Part shown: in pieces, positions 1 through 12,619 of the stretch
How positions within the stretch are numbered: position 1 is the stretch's first letter
How the letters are laid out: each line of letters opens with the position of its first letter
Assembly: GCA_963837175.1 (NCBI GenBank)
Contig: CAWIMJ010000010.1
Location: forward strand, 1 to 64,000
Source of the DNA: an uncultured Nitrososphaeraceae archaeon
GTDB lineage: Archaea > Thermoproteota > Nitrososphaeria > Nitrososphaerales > Nitrososphaeraceae
Direction of reading: 5' to 3'
Length of the DNA stretch: 64,000 nt
The notes under the pieces: generated by a model
The model's database searches: none
What the model was told of the DNA's origin: nothing
What the model saw: only the letters and a program-made list of their open reading frames with translations
Made by a program: the position numbers and the translations under genes

Positions 1-496
1 GAATGTGGAAAGTCTTACACTCCAATTTAATAATAGAGAAGTTTATCTCAAGAATGCACCTGACAATACTTAACACATCAGCCTGTCACATAAGTTTGAT
101 ACATACTCTAGGAAAAAAATCTCATTCTTGTCATTGGTCTAATATTGCGTTATTTGTCATATCATTATTGGATATATTGCATACGATAGGATATACCAAA
201 GTGATACGAGACGATAGATATGATAGTATTATTACAATCTTTTCTGTAATTTCATTTGTTACAACATTATATAGGTACTTGTATATTTATGTCGTAATCA
301 TTTAGTCTTCATTTCAACGGGCATTAAAATAGCTAAAAATATGAAAAGAAAAGTTAGATTTCTTAGACTGATACAACTTGAAAATTCTATTAATAATACT
401 CCTTCAATATAATCATCTTTAGAATAGCCCTTTACTAACTTAAAAATTTGTACCAAAAACAATTTATGTTTAATAATAGATATACAAATAAAAGCT

Positions 497-730
497 ATGC
501 TACTGCGTTCTAGACTTAAAGAGAGATGGAAACTACTTCTTCTACTTGGAACAATCTGGATTCTAATCGTGTTTCCTATTCCGTTCTTGCCCGCTTGGGG
601 ATATCCTATCGATGAAACTTCATTAAGAACACTATTGATTATAACTACTATTATATCTATACCATTTACCCTTCTAGCTATATTTATGAATGATGGAAGT
701 AAAGAACGTTCAACATATTATAATGAATGA
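497..730 (+). CDS. Small hypothetical membrane protein (two predicted TM helices)
   Basis: 77-aa ATG ORF with two hydrophobic stretches; AT-rich TATA-like sequence upstream. Confidence 0.7.
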   Translation: MLLRSRLKERWKLLLLLGTIWILIVFPIPFLPAWGYPIDETSLRTLLIITTIISIPFTLLAIFMNDGSKERSTYYNE

Positions 731-938
731 TGTTGTGGGAAAAGTCGATACTGGATAATGGAATTTATGTGTATATATGAAGAGGTAGCATATTAGCATT
801 ACCATGAAGATACTTTATCCCTTTAGATATGATTTTGTTAGCAAATAGAATGAAATAATTTTCCACATTCCGATTATGATTGGTATAATCAATCAAACTA
901 GTTTAAGTTTAAATTAATAGTTATAAATTGTTTTAATG

Positions 939-1556
939 CTAAGTGATAGGACTTCTACTTCTGTTGTTCCCTTTCTTAAAAAAGTCTACGTATATGACAA
1001 TTCCAGCTATAGCAGCTACAATTGGTGTAAGAGAGATTATCCATACATTAAAGGGAATCTCACCAGGTTTTACTACTGAAATATCAAAGTTAGCTATTAA
1101 TGGATCGACTTCGTGTTTTGGGTCTTCATTTATTCTAATTTGTACTGTTACTACATAATCACCAACTTTTTGAAATGTGTATGGAAAGGTAATGTCTCCG
1201 AATTCATAGAATTTGTATGGAACTCGTTCAACTACATTTCCCGAGCTTCTCTCCTTTATAATGAAGGATACAAATACATTATAAACATCTGTCTTATTCT
1301 CTGTAAGACTGAAATTTAGTCTCGTGGAATTATCATTGACTAATGGGATATTAGGATAAGGCAGATAAACTAACTGATAATTATCAATTTTTTTTGTAAT
1401 AATATTCGGCGTAGCTGAAAATATGTGAGCATAGGCAAGAAGATTGTTTTCTTCTTGATGGATAATAAAATTGATTGCAATATCAGAAAATAAAATTGCA
1501 GCTGCAAGAAACATAATAAAAGAGAAATAATGACCTGTACATATAAACCAAACCAT
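939..1556 (-). CDS. Hypothetical surface protein with N-terminal signal/TM, Ig-like beta domain and C-terminal TM anchor
   Basis: 205-aa ORF; hydrophobic ends; FPYTFQKVGDYVVTVQI beta-sandwich-like motif. Confidence 0.75.
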   Translation of the reverse strand: MVWFICTGHYFSFIMFLAAAILFSDIAINFIIHQEENNLLAYAHIFSATPNIITKKIDNYQLVYLPYPNIPLVNDNSTRLNFSLTENKTDVYNVFVSFIIKERSSGNVVERVPYKFYEFGDITFPYTFQKVGDYVVTVQIRINEDPKHEVDPLIANFDISVVKPGEIPFNVWIISLTPIVAAIAGIVIYVDFFKKGNNRSRSPIT

Positions 1557-1968
1557 ATAGTCAGCTTTGATTTCTTACTATATTTATTGATATATCTTCC
1601 TTTATTTCCTTATCAAATAATCATAGATAGTTAATCCTCTATGATAGTCTTTAAGTGTTTTAATAACTAAGCTGAAACGGGATTGGTCAATATCTAACTT
1701 CTCCTGTGATATTTCATCTTCTTCATAGATGTACTAGTAAAGATGCCACTTTCTTCATTCATCAATTTTGAAATTGCGCAATATCAATGTCGTCATTTTA
1801 TGCAATAATTTATTTGCTTAAATTAACTTTATGCTTTTCACTTGAAAATAACTAATGATAATCACAATAGCGTCTCAACCAAAGAATCAAACAATACAAA
1901 CAAACGAACAATATAACTAAAAAGATTATTTGCTTGTGTCAACTTTAATACAATTAATAATATACCAA

Positions 1969-2214
1969 ATGACTGCTAATAATGAAAAAAAGAAGTATGG
2001 CTCTGTGGAAGACATATTCATTCTTTGTGAAACATGTCATTGGTGTGTTACATATTTTGATAAATCTAGATTACCTACTGAGAAATGTCCTATGTGTTTG
2101 AACAGAGAAATGTCTAGTTTTCCTATTTTACCCAATGAAGCATTTACCTTTAATTATAACAATATACATGGAGTAGAATTAGAATTTAAACTTAGAAAGG
2201 TAAAGAAGGAGTAG
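1969..2214 (+). CDS. Small Zn-ribbon protein
   Basis: CETC...CPMC; internal ATG at 1969 chosen as start. Confidence 0.75.
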   Translation: MTANNEKKKYGSVEDIFILCETCHWCVTYFDKSRLPTEKCPMCLNREMSSFPILPNEAFTFNYNNIHGVELEFKLRKVKKE

Positions 2215-2408
2215 GAGAAATAGCCAACATAATAATATAGTTTTGACAATCAAAGGAAAGATATAAAATTTATTATCCTAGTACTTTTATTTTTTCCTTT
2301 GCATGAACGTCTAAATGGAAAGCGATAGAAACAATCTAATGGATTTTAGTCAGATAATTAGGCTGCTACCACTCACCCACCAACTAATTGCCAAACAAAA
2401 TAATAATA

Positions 2409-2760
2409 TCAATAATACACTATCTTGAACCAGCAATCATCACTAGTAATATTATATGGATAGTCACCTAATCCAAGTACTAATTCAGCATTTTTGTCTA
2501 ATATGTTATTTACAGTCATGTTTGTATTAGAAGTACATCTCCAATCTCCAACTACAGCAAAATTAAAATCAGCACGTAAAGATGTCGTATTATTTGTACT
2601 ATTATTATTGTTAATAATATTAGATGAATCAATCTAGCTACTAATATTACCCCTATGCAGATTATTTTTCATTTATAATTTCGAAAATAAGATGCTAACA
2701 ACTTAAGGATGCTAACAACTATTAGTAGGAAATTGGCGGCACCTGCAGAAGCAAAGGTGT
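2409..2760 (-). pseudogene. Metallophosphoesterase (purple acid phosphatase-like) N-terminal remnant
   Basis: Manual translation ADFNFAVVGDWRC...ELVLGLGDYPY...CWFKIV then stop; paralogous to 56607-56849. Confidence 0.75.
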
Positions 2761-3244
2761 AAAAATACTAATATCTTTGTGTATTCTTTTTTAGTAATCA
2801 CCATCAACTAATCTTACAATATCTGCATTCTACCTTTGCATTTTTTATTTCACCATGGAAATTAACATGATATCCAAAGTTGTCCCTTCATATGAAAAGT
2901 AATACCACTTAAATTGTATATTTACCTTTTATAATCTATTGTGGTACAATTATCTATATTACTCACTGACCTAAAAGGTTTCTAATCACAAAACCCACAA
3001 GTGAATATCAAGAGGTTACAGTTTTGATCTTGTAGGATACTTACGTCAAAAATTTAAGTGTCTGAATGAATGCCACTTATTATTGATAATATATTCTCGT
3101 TTGCGATTTAATTTTATTGTTTTGATGAAAATATATCCTCCTAACTATTGGTAATGATTTTGCAAGAATTTATTAGGAGATTGTAAAATTATCTAATCGT
3201 TGCCTAATACACGAATGATAAGTGCTAGGTCATTCCTTTCCAGG

Positions 3245-3719
3245 ATGAATCAAGATAGGAATGAAAAGTGGTTGACGGATGCACAATTGTTAAAAGGAAG
3301 TGAGGAATTCTTCAGGCAAAACAAGTATTCTAATATTGAATATAATAGAGTTCTAGATCAAGGAAGACAGACTTTTTCATCACCAATAGTTGCATCCAAA
3401 ATTAAAAGTAAAGGAGAAGAAGAGATGGAAACAATTGTAGCTGCTTTCAGATCTGAAGATTAACCATTATGATCTTAGTTTTTTTGGTTTTCTAGAATCA
3501 TTATTATTTGATATAATAGACAATTATGAAAATACAAACTTGATGGTTGTTACAGATTCACTATCGTACACACCAATTATCCAGACCGAAGAATTAAGCG
3601 TCACAATTGAAAAGATGATGAAAGATGGTCTATATGTTTTATTTCTTAATCATCGATTTGCTTATGCGTTGTTTGACCAATTTGAAAATTTGACTCAACC
3701 CATTCCAGTTCAAGATTAG
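3245..3719 (+). pseudogene. Hypothetical protein interrupted by one +1 frameshift near 3455 (may be a sequencing error)
   Basis: Removing one base after FRS continues the frame as KINHYDLSFFGFLESLLFDII...QPIPVQD to TAG at 3717-3719. Confidence 0.65.
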
Positions 3720-4373
3720 ACAATGCATGATGAGAAATCTAGATTAGAGTGAAGCATACTACAGAATAATGATAATCCATTATCATCAGTTCAAGATGAG
3801 AGGGTGCGGTCTTTGTGAATATCCTTGCCTAACGTTATGATTTATAGTATTAGTTATAATATAGAGACGAAAAAATTGAACGAATAAAGCAGATATACGT
3901 TCATCCTTTATAGACATTTTTGCTTTGTTTATAAAGTCTTAGTATCATGCTCCCTATTTGTAGGACCTTCTTAACTAAATTGATATCCTAATTATATAAT
4001 ATATTATACATTAGAATCTAAATCTAGAAACTACATTTTGATTAGAATTAAAATGCCATCGCTTTGCCAACTAAAATAACATGCAATGGTTTGAAATTTT
4101 TGTTCTTCTTTTATATCTGATTGCATATAAGAATGCATATGGTAGTCAGCATGTTCTCTGATGAATAATTCTTACCAATGAAATGTAATGGAAGGGATTA
4201 GAAGGTGATTTTCTTTACTTACTATAACGATATATTTCTAGATCTCACAATAGAGAAAAACTTCAATTCAAACCAAATGTTTAACTAAGAAGTTTTGGAA
4301 AATCTTCAAATTTACTAGAATAATGGTAAGTTAATAAACAAATATCTATTTCGATGATATCTAATAATATCAA

Positions 4374-4862
4374 TTGTTTGGAATAGAAAATAAGAAGAAG
4401 TGGAAAGTAGAATATGAAAATACACTATACAAAGTTTATGACTGGGACAAAAATTTAGCAGGATACTTTTTTCCAAAATATGATCTGATACAACCACCTA
4501 CAGATAGCTACGAGGAAATTATAGAAAAATTGAACAAGTCACATGGAAAAGTTATAGGCGGAAATCTTATGATCCCTATGATTAAACTGAATCTCTTGGA
4601 TGAAGAAGAACCAATGGATTTGGATTATACCATTGGAGCACTGGAAGAAAATCTCCAACGAACACGAGTATGGAAGCAATGGTTGCAGCAAAATCATAAA
4701 GAATTTGAGATAATTGGTGACGCGGTATATACTGCAAGAGAGGATAGGAACATGCTTTCCATTGTTCTTAGGATTGAGTCAGCTATTATATTGGGAGAAA
4801 AAGAAGTATCTATGGTATTACATCCATTACTAGATAAACTACATGAAGATGGTCTTTTATAG
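4374..4862 (+). CDS. Hypothetical protein
   Basis: 162-aa ORF with globular composition. Confidence 0.75.
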   Translation: MFGIENKKKWKVEYENTLYKVYDWDKNLAGYFFPKYDLIQPPTDSYEEIIEKLNKSHGKVIGGNLMIPMIKLNLLDEEEPMDLDYTIGALEENLQRTRVWKQWLQQNHKEFEIIGDAVYTAREDRNMLSIVLRIESAIILGEKEVSMVLHPLLDKLHEDGLL

Positions 4863-5397
4863 GATGATAATGTAAATACACATCTTTGCACATCTACAAT
4901 TTGGGTTTTAGGTCTAAACTCTAATGAGCTATTTTCAATCCTTATAGAGATAGAGAGTAAAAATTACCAAAATGGCGGTCGAATATAGCAAAAGCCATTC
5001 TGGATAATGTCATAATAGGTATTCTTCAGAAAAGACTTTTTCCATTTAAAAAACTATATCAATAATGTATTGAAAATTTCTCACATCACTTAATTTGTTT
5101 CAATGCAGATCATATGCTTATCCTTATACTTCTTTTCCTCTTCTTGTCTATTTCCATTTTTGAAATTTAGCGGCATACATATTAAAAAACACAAACTATA
5201 ATTAGGAAAATGTAAAGGCTGCTACATAAAGAAGCTTATTAATTGGATATTTATGAGTGCTCTTAATATCTTAGGCTGAATCTTAATTCGTACTTATGTG
5301 CTGTCTTGAGAAATTGGATGTTTACTATCTAATATAGATGACTCGTCTTTAATACATGCATGCTTATTAAAAATGGATTAACAACTACAATTAATTA

Positions 5398-6090
5398 TTA
5401 ACAATTATACCGTATTCCAGTATGACAATTGCCTGGCTGTACTGTATAGCAAATACACTCATCATTAATTCTGATATTCTGAAATGAAATAGGATATTTA
5501 GTACCAGATCCATCATTATTGGGTATCAAAGCATTATGTGGAAGATAAGTTATCGACTCAGAATCTATATGATCAGCTAAACCGAACAGTAATTGTGAGA
5601 TTTCAACTATATATCGCAGAGGATAGGGAAAGTTACCAATCTTATTCCACCATTCCACTCCGGTAAAGTGATTAGTAGCTATACAGTCAAAGTTCATATT
5701 TGTTAATGGTAAATTGAATGTTTCTGATTTTTTTGTCTGTTGATCAATTAGAATATATTTGATAGATCTAATCTGAGCATCCATAACAATTTGACGTAAA
5801 TATGAATGCCCTACCATTGGCAAGATATCTTTAAACCGGTATTGGTTAACCCCATTAAATATAGCCTCAAAATAATCTTGGTTATCGAACTGACATATAA
5901 GATTCAATTCAACTGCTATGTTCTGAGCATTAAAAACTTCAAGTAGATAGAGCATCCAACCTTTATCCGGTATTTGGTTTCCATTATCTGCAAGCAATGT
6001 TATAATATCAGATACAGCTATAACTTTTCTAGGAAATAGAGGTTTATACTTATTAAGAACCTGACAAAATGAGCCTACCCAATAATGCAC
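5398..6090 (-). CDS. Hypothetical beta-rich protein
   Basis: 230-aa ATG ORF; no family recognised. Confidence 0.75.
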   Translation of the reverse strand: MHYWVGSFCQVLNKYKPLFPRKVIAVSDIITLLADNGNQIPDKGWMLYLLEVFNAQNIAVELNLICQFDNQDYFEAIFNGVNQYRFKDILPMVGHSYLRQIVMDAQIRSIKYILIDQQTKKSETFNLPLTNMNFDCIATNHFTGVEWWNKIGNFPYPLRYIVEISQLLFGLADHIDSESITYLPHNALIPNNDGSGTKYPISFQNIRINDECICYTVQPGNCHTGIRYNC

Positions 6091-7062
6091 TAAATAAGAT
6101 CAAATAATTTGAATTGTATATATATTAATACGTATCTATATCAAATTTTTTATTGATAATATTTATTTGTTAACTATAATATCAATAACGTTTAGTTATT
6201 CTCTAATGTGCTAGTAAAACTGCGACAGAATTTACAACATGGGGACCAGATTTCATCAGTCAAGTAGCTTTCCGAACTACTGGAACATTTCACATAAGAG
6301 GCCCAGTATTAGTAGAGAATAACCCACAACATAACTGTATCACTAGTCTCAAAGGACAATCAAATATTTCCAAACGCAATTTCAGATACTTTCACATTAC
6401 CAGTAAAACATACAATCACCACTACTACCGCCACCAAAATAAAGTAAAGGTATAGAAGTAACAACATGTTTCTATTTTTTTCTATTGGATTGTTGTTATT
6501 TATATAGCTAAAAAGGTATAATTTGATGATTAACTAGAATACTAGTGTGATTGAAATTCTAATTAATAAATGAAATTAATTCTTACCTTATTTACGATTC
6601 CATAGAAAAGTTATGGTAGAACGAGTAGAGAAGACTAAAGCTATTGAAATATGTTCCTAATTATATAATACTACATCTCCACTATGTCTACATTTTTGCT
6701 TAATAATAACCCATTAGTTATAACTTAGAGGATAATTTTTTAAACTTTATATGCATACTGATAAGAAGCCCAGTAATAAACGGTTTAGGTTTGCTTTAGA
6801 ATCAAGTATAACGTGGTTACTAGTATCTGGCATGATCCTAACCATTAAAATTTGAGTTGCATCTACCTTCTCTTGATTTGAATCGATGTCTTCTGATGTT
6901 CGTTGCCAAATTCTACGTACTTTTCTTCAACGCTATTGCAGCTATTATGTTCTGTAACTGTGTAGGATATCTCTGACTCTTTCTTTCTTTGAAATCTGCT
7001 TCTGTCTGTCTGTTCTACCTTGTTAGGATTGAATTGCAGAACTGTAGAAAGTTACACCTCCT

Positions 7063-7266
7063 CTAGATGTTTTCATTTTCTTTTCCATTCTTTTCTTCTT
7101 CTACAACAATAATATCTCCAATCTGATTTAACAAGATCTTAATCTTATCTTTGGATTCTGGACTAAGCGAAGACGAGTTTATTTCAGCTAACTCTTGTTC
7201 AATCTCCCACAACCAGTCCCTGATTAGCTGCTTGCGATCATCGTCAGTCATAGTGTTATCGCTCAA
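7063..7266 (-). CDS. Small acidic helical hypothetical protein
   Basis: 67-aa ORF with amphipathic helical pattern. Confidence 0.6.
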   Translation of the reverse strand: MSDNTMTDDDRKQLIRDWLWEIEQELAEINSSSLSPESKDKIKILLNQIGDIIVVEEEKNGKENENI

Positions 7267-7693
7267 GAATATCCTATGATGGTTTAAGATCTAGTAGAAT
7301 AAATCTTTCTAATAACCAATTAATCATTTTTATCTTGAAAAAATAATAATAAGGATATAACTAGCGGGTTCTGCATATCGCATGCAAATATAGGACATGC
7401 CTAGCTTTACATTATTAATAACCCAACCTAATAATATTAAAAAATCCAAGTTAATGGAGTCCTTCCATGCAGTTGAGAACCTAACATTATATGCATTTAC
7501 TCATCCAAATAATATGATCATGGAACTTTGGAAAGATTGAGCCAAAAGAGGAAAAGAAGTAATGTAGAATGTTTATATGTCAAAATAAGCCTACAGATCA
7601 GGTTCAAAATGTCTGCTTCATTATTGTTATGAAGGTATCAGAACTCATTTTGATCCTGTGAATGGTGTTACTATAGCAGCTGATTCATTTGCC

Positions 7694-8614
7694 TTATTGT
7701 ATCTTTATTAAAGAATTCATCGGAATTAATTGATCCGTGAATTTATCGGGATGGATTATTTTTGCTAAGATTTCAAGCCCCGTTACTGTTCTTGGTGAAG
7801 GTTTACTAAAATATTTTCCTGAATCGACAGCAAAGATTTCATTATTCTGAATAGCTAAAAGGGATTTCCATTCATCACTAGTTTTTCCTTGTTCGAATTC
7901 AATTAATGTCCTATCAATATCAAAACCGCAAGGCATTAAAATGATTTTATCAGGATCAAATTTAATAATTTCATTGACATCTATACGATGCGATGGCTTT
8001 CCAGATGAACTAAGTGCATTAATTCCTCCAGCAATTTCTACCATTTGAGGTATCCAATGACCTGCAATGAAGAATGGAGCTATCCATTCAAGGCAAATGA
8101 CCTTTGGTTTATTTCCTTTGGGTCTCATTCTTATTCTATCGATGCGATTTTGCAAGGAAGCTACTAATTTTCTACCCACTTTTATCCTGCCAACTCTTTC
8201 TGCCACTTTCATTATGCTTATTAAAATATCATCTAAATCATGTGGATCTAGAATCAGAACGTCTGGCTCATATTTTAGTATGGAAATAGCCCTCTTAATC
8301 TCTTTAGTAAATGGAGAGCAAACTTCACAAACACCTTGGGCAACAATGAGATCAGGTTTCGCTTCTTTTAAGATCTTATCATCTATTACATAAATGTCTC
8401 TGCCATAGTGCATCAGTTCGATGATTTTATTATCTATTTCTTTACTGTTCATTTTAGCTGGATTGAAAGAAGAATTGATTACCCTGGGTTTTCTTTCAGC
8501 CGCTTCAGGAAACTTGCATTCATGAGTTACACCGACTATTTGATCTCCAGCACCGATTTGATATAGCACCTCAGTAGCACTGGGAAGAAACGACACGATT
8601 CTTTCTGAAGACAT
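7694..8614 (-). CDS. Cobalamin/iron substrate-binding protein (BtuF/TroA-like), no signal peptide
   Basis: RIVSFLPSATEVL...VGVTHEC and SKPSPR motifs. Confidence 0.88.
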   Translation of the reverse strand: MSSERIVSFLPSATEVLYQIGAGDQIVGVTHECKFPEAAERKPRVINSSFNPAKMNSKEIDNKIIELMHYGRDIYVIDDKILKEAKPDLIVAQGVCEVCSPFTKEIKRAISILKYEPDVLILDPHDLDDILISIMKVAERVGRIKVGRKLVASLQNRIDRIRMRPKGNKPKVICLEWIAPFFIAGHWIPQMVEIAGGINALSSSGKPSHRIDVNEIIKFDPDKIILMPCGFDIDRTLIEFEQGKTSDEWKSLLAIQNNEIFAVDSGKYFSKPSPRTVTGLEILAKIIHPDKFTDQLIPMNSLIKIQ

Positions 8615-9024
8615 CAGTTTATTAAAATATTAAAACACAATTTTAAAGTTCCCTCTACTAAAGTAGAATATTATATTGAGAATTGATATTAGGATAATTT
8701 AAAGAGCGTATAATTATATTCTATAAAATTAATACTATTATAAAATATGATATTATCATACGATAGGTAACGATTATTGTACCTATTTAAGTAAAATTTA
8801 ATCTTGTTTATCGTAAATTAGCCCCGGTTATAGCCATCAAGAGTACTATAGATATCAAAAATATTGCATCGAAGATTAAATACCCTTTTGAAGACTGGGA
8901 AGAGTGGTATAATAAATGAGGAGGGAAATATTGTGATTAAATATAGATTAATATCTTTTCCAATAGTGTTTCATCTCCTACTCCTTGTGTTAGACAAGGC
9001 ATGACAAGTATTCAAATCTTAATG

Positions 9025-9582
9025 TTACTTGCTTTGCCGTTCATGAAAGTGTAATGCTCTATATAATGCAATAATGGATGCTGCATTTAATACCTTTCCT
9101 TCAAAAAGTAGATGTTTGATTTCTTTTATGGTAATTATTTGAATATCTATTTTTTCCATTATACCTAAGGATTGAATCCCTTCTTTAACCATACCATATG
9201 CAACAAAGAGATTTCCCTTCTGCTCAAACATCGAATAATCAAGTGTATAATGACCTATCGATATCACATCTTTTGCAACATAACCTGTTTCTTCTCTAAG
9301 CTCACGTATTGCTGCTTCTTTAGGAGTTTCTCCTTCATCTATATAACCGGATGGTACCTCAATTTGAATAGAGTCTACTAGGTGTCTGTAACTTTTAATC
9401 ATAAGTATTTCATCATTTGAAATGAAAGGTACAATGGTTGAATAGTCTTTTCTAATTCCCCTGATGTATATTTTCTCCTGTCCTTCTAGGTCAAGCGTAT
9501 CTTCATATAGTTCGATTAACTCGTTAGAATACACTCTTTTCGCTGTATCTACCTTCCATCCTGTTGGAGCATTCTTGAGCAC
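9025..9582 (-). CDS. NUDIX hydrolase (ADP-ribose pyrophosphatase-like)
   Basis: Nudix box GYIDEGETPKEAAIRELREETGY. Confidence 0.92.
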   Translation of the reverse strand: MLKNAPTGWKVDTAKRVYSNELIELYEDTLDLEGQEKIYIRGIRKDYSTIVPFISNDEILMIKSYRHLVDSIQIEVPSGYIDEGETPKEAAIRELREETGYVAKDVISIGHYTLDYSMFEQKGNLFVAYGMVKEGIQSLGIMEKIDIQIITIKEIKHLLFEGKVLNAASIIALYRALHFHERQSK

Positions 9583-10172
9583 TTTATATATTTATTAATG
9601 ATTATATATCTGAGATCCTTTTCAAGTATAGTTAACAAACTTCTATTTATTTAACCGATTATGTAACTATGAAATACCTTGAATGAGCTTGTATATACTA
9701 TGTTGTCAACAAAACATTATGGTTATTATCTGATTATAAATTCAGGAAATAGTTCATAATATTGTTACCTTTCCTTTCATCTATGTCAATATTTAACAAA
9801 AACTATAGATATATGCTGATTAATATGGCTGTATAGACAAAAATAAATTGTCAGAAATATGTAATAGATGTCTGCTAGAGGCTAACAAAATATATTCGTG
9901 TGAGCATACAAATAATAAGAAAATGTGTACTGAATGCTATCAGGAAATACATTGGCTTATTAATATGCACAATGAGATCAGTGAATAAATAAAATAAAAA
10001 AACTTCAGAGACTCTTAAAGACAGTACCCTTATTTCATAGTAATAAGTAAAGCTTATTGATCATTATGTTAGTAAGTTAAGAGACTAAAAAAGATAACCA
10101 TTGTTCAGAGAAATATGAATGATGACATATCAAATGACTATTCAATTTTATTATAACGACAGAATTCAGATC

Positions 10173-11882
10173 TCAAGGAACACTAATGATAATTTTTCCT
10201 TCTGCAGTTTCTTTGGTGTCATAGGTTTTTCCATCCACCTTTGATATGAGTATATTTGAGCTTGTTGCTGTACTGCTATAACTACCGCCATTTTTAAAAT
10301 CAATAGGCGATTTGAACTTTAATGTAGCATTAACAGTACCAGATGTTATTGGATCATCTAACTGAGTCGTAATCGTTATCTTTTTAGAAAGTTGTGTTAC
10401 TGCAACACTGATGGGCGCTAGATCGAACTCATCTATCTTTTTGTTTGTTGTAGAATTAATAATGGCAAGGGTTCCTTCTAATTTATTAGGATCTATTTTC
10501 GGTCCGCCGGTACTGGAAGACACACTGCTCTGTTCATAGACACCTGATATGTTTAGTATTATAGTATTGGGTGAGGAGGAAGGCTTATTCTCAGTAGAGT
10601 TAACATCATATCCATTAATAGCTATTTCTGTTATGGCTGCCCAGTTTTTTTCATCATTATCGACATCTGTATTTCCATTAATTGTGATTTTTAGATACCT
10701 TATTGCTGAAATCTTAGAAAAGCTATATCTCTCGGATGAAGTGGTTTTTCCGTTGCTAGTTCCTTCGTACATATTTGAAAAAGTCGTTCCATCGCTAGAT
10801 ACAGATATTACAAAACTATATTGCCGCTCATCACCTCTATACCAAGCGATATCTACATTACAAACGCTCTTTTGTGCTCCTAAATCAATCTGAATCCAGG
10901 AGCCAACACCTAAATTTGACCATCTGGTGTCAAGATCATTATCTACAACGTTTGAAGGGGGATTTTCAATTTCACTACTGCTCGCTCCTATGGCATTATT
11001 AGAAATTATTAGCTTTTTGTTACATGTTTTGACATCGGTGGCAGCAACTATTGGAACATCACCACCAGCTTCATTATAAGTACCAGTTTCGGTGATTGTA
11101 AATGTTGTTGTAGTTGCAGTAGGCTTATGTACTATTACATTAAATGATGCTGCTGCAGAATTACCATCATTATCTATTGCTGTACATTTAACTGTAGTAT
11201 TGCCTAATGAAAAAATGGAACCCGAAGGTGGATCGCAAATTGGTGCTACAAACATATCCGTATTATCAGTTGCAGATACATTATAGTTAACAAGAGATCC
11301 TGATTGACTCGTGGCTTCAACTATTATCGGTTGTGATGGTACTTTCACTATTAGAGGAATAGTATAATTTGCATTTACATTAATTCTATTGTCCTCGAAA
11401 CTCACGCCGATTACATCTAAGCTATAATATTTTGTTAAATTAGCAGTACCACCACTATCATTATTAAAACAAGATAACTTAGAAGTTAGATTGTTTGTTC
11501 CGTTTATAATAAGATGGTATTTATCAGTATACGTAAAATTCCACGTTGAATAATCGTTTGCTCCACCAGGACCTGTTGCAACAGCTTTTTGAAATGGTTT
11601 TGTATTATTCCAATCAGTATATACTGTACAATCAGTAGTTGCATTATCTGTTGATGTTCCTGATATTGTAAGCTCGCCAACTGGCACTTGATTGGCAATA
11701 GGTGATGTAATCTTTACACCTATTATTGACTGTGGCTGCTGTTGTTGTTGTATTTGTGGTTGCGCTTGTAAATGTAAAAGACCATAATAATCTAGAAGAG
11801 AAGAATAAAGAAGGCTCGTTACTCCAACAGTAAACAATAGTTTAAGTCCTTTTGTTAACTTGAAGTGGCTAAGCCTTTTCAT
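10173..11882 (-). CDS. Secreted/surface protein with Ig-like, HYR and F5/8 type C (discoidin/CBM32) domains
   Basis: Signal peptide; CDPPSGSIFSLGNTTVKCTA (HYR); DNDLDTRWSNLGVGSWIQIDLG (discoidin). Confidence 0.88.
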   Translation of the reverse strand: MKRLSHFKLTKGLKLLFTVGVTSLLYSSLLDYYGLLHLQAQPQIQQQQQPQSIIGVKITSPIANQVPVGELTISGTSTDNATTDCTVYTDWNNTKPFQKAVATGPGGANDYSTWNFTYTDKYHLIINGTNNLTSKLSCFNNDSGGTANLTKYYSLDVIGVSFEDNRINVNANYTIPLIVKVPSQPIIVEATSQSGSLVNYNVSATDNTDMFVAPICDPPSGSIFSLGNTTVKCTAIDNDGNSAAASFNVIVHKPTATTTTFTITETGTYNEAGGDVPIVAATDVKTCNKKLIISNNAIGASSSEIENPPSNVVDNDLDTRWSNLGVGSWIQIDLGAQKSVCNVDIAWYRGDERQYSFVISVSSDGTTFSNMYEGTSNGKTTSSERYSFSKISAIRYLKITINGNTDVDNDEKNWAAITEIAINGYDVNSTENKPSSSPNTIILNISGVYEQSSVSSSTGGPKIDPNKLEGTLAIINSTTNKKIDEFDLAPISVAVTQLSKKITITTQLDDPITSGTVNATLKFKSPIDFKNGGSYSSTATSSNILISKVDGKTYDTKETAEGKIIISVP

Positions 11883-12333
11883 ACCTTCTATCTTTATCTA
11901 CGACAATATTATTGCTATGATAGTAGAGTAAGAATAAGAATCGTTGATTATACAAAAGATGATACAATTCCTGGTATTGGTTGTAAGGCTTTAGAACTTG
12001 AATATGTATTTCAAATAAACAGATCTTTCTGCAGAGGGAAACAGTGAGCATGCAAGCTCTTTATTATATTCAAATAAATATATTAGTTGTTATAATTGTT
12101 AAATCATTGCTCCTTCAACGATTTATCTAGGAGATCCAAAAATTGCTAGATTGTTTGTGCATGCTGGCAATATAGATGAATGCATAATAGGGCTAGGAGG
12201 AATCTCAATATCAGACCCTATTAGATTCAGACAAGTAGCGTATGTTAGATATGAAGATTAAGATAAAACAGAATTGAGTATGGCCTGGAAAGCATCATAA
12301 GGCCAGATTATCATATTATAATTTAGAACTTAC

Positions 12334-12444
12334 CTAAAGAGTTGTTGTCCCATGCTTCTCTCTATTATGCTTATCTAATTCTTCTCTAGAGTTAAAAATC
12401 AAATTACCACACACATTGCACTTGTAAGGTTCATCATTTGACAT
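12334..12444 (-). CDS. 36-aa C2H2 zinc-finger microprotein
   Basis: MSNDEPYKCNVCGNLIFNSREELDKHNREKH; internal ATG at 12444. Confidence 0.75.
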   Translation of the reverse strand: MSNDEPYKCNVCGNLIFNSREELDKHNREKHGTTTL

Positions 12445-12619
12445 ATATGATATTTTCTCAACATATAATTTATGGCTTATATTCAAATTATTATGAAAAC
12501 AATTCTCCTTTACAGGACAGAAATCAGAACGTTGTTTTGGCATATTTTGGATTTAGATTTGTAATTGTTTTTTCTTGCTAAATCTAAATGCTTTATGAAT
12601 ACTAAAAAATATTCCTGTA

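Noticed and set aside
3-305. 100-aa ORF at the window start
   Set aside because: AT-rich with no recognisable motif; cannot be supported from sequence alone.
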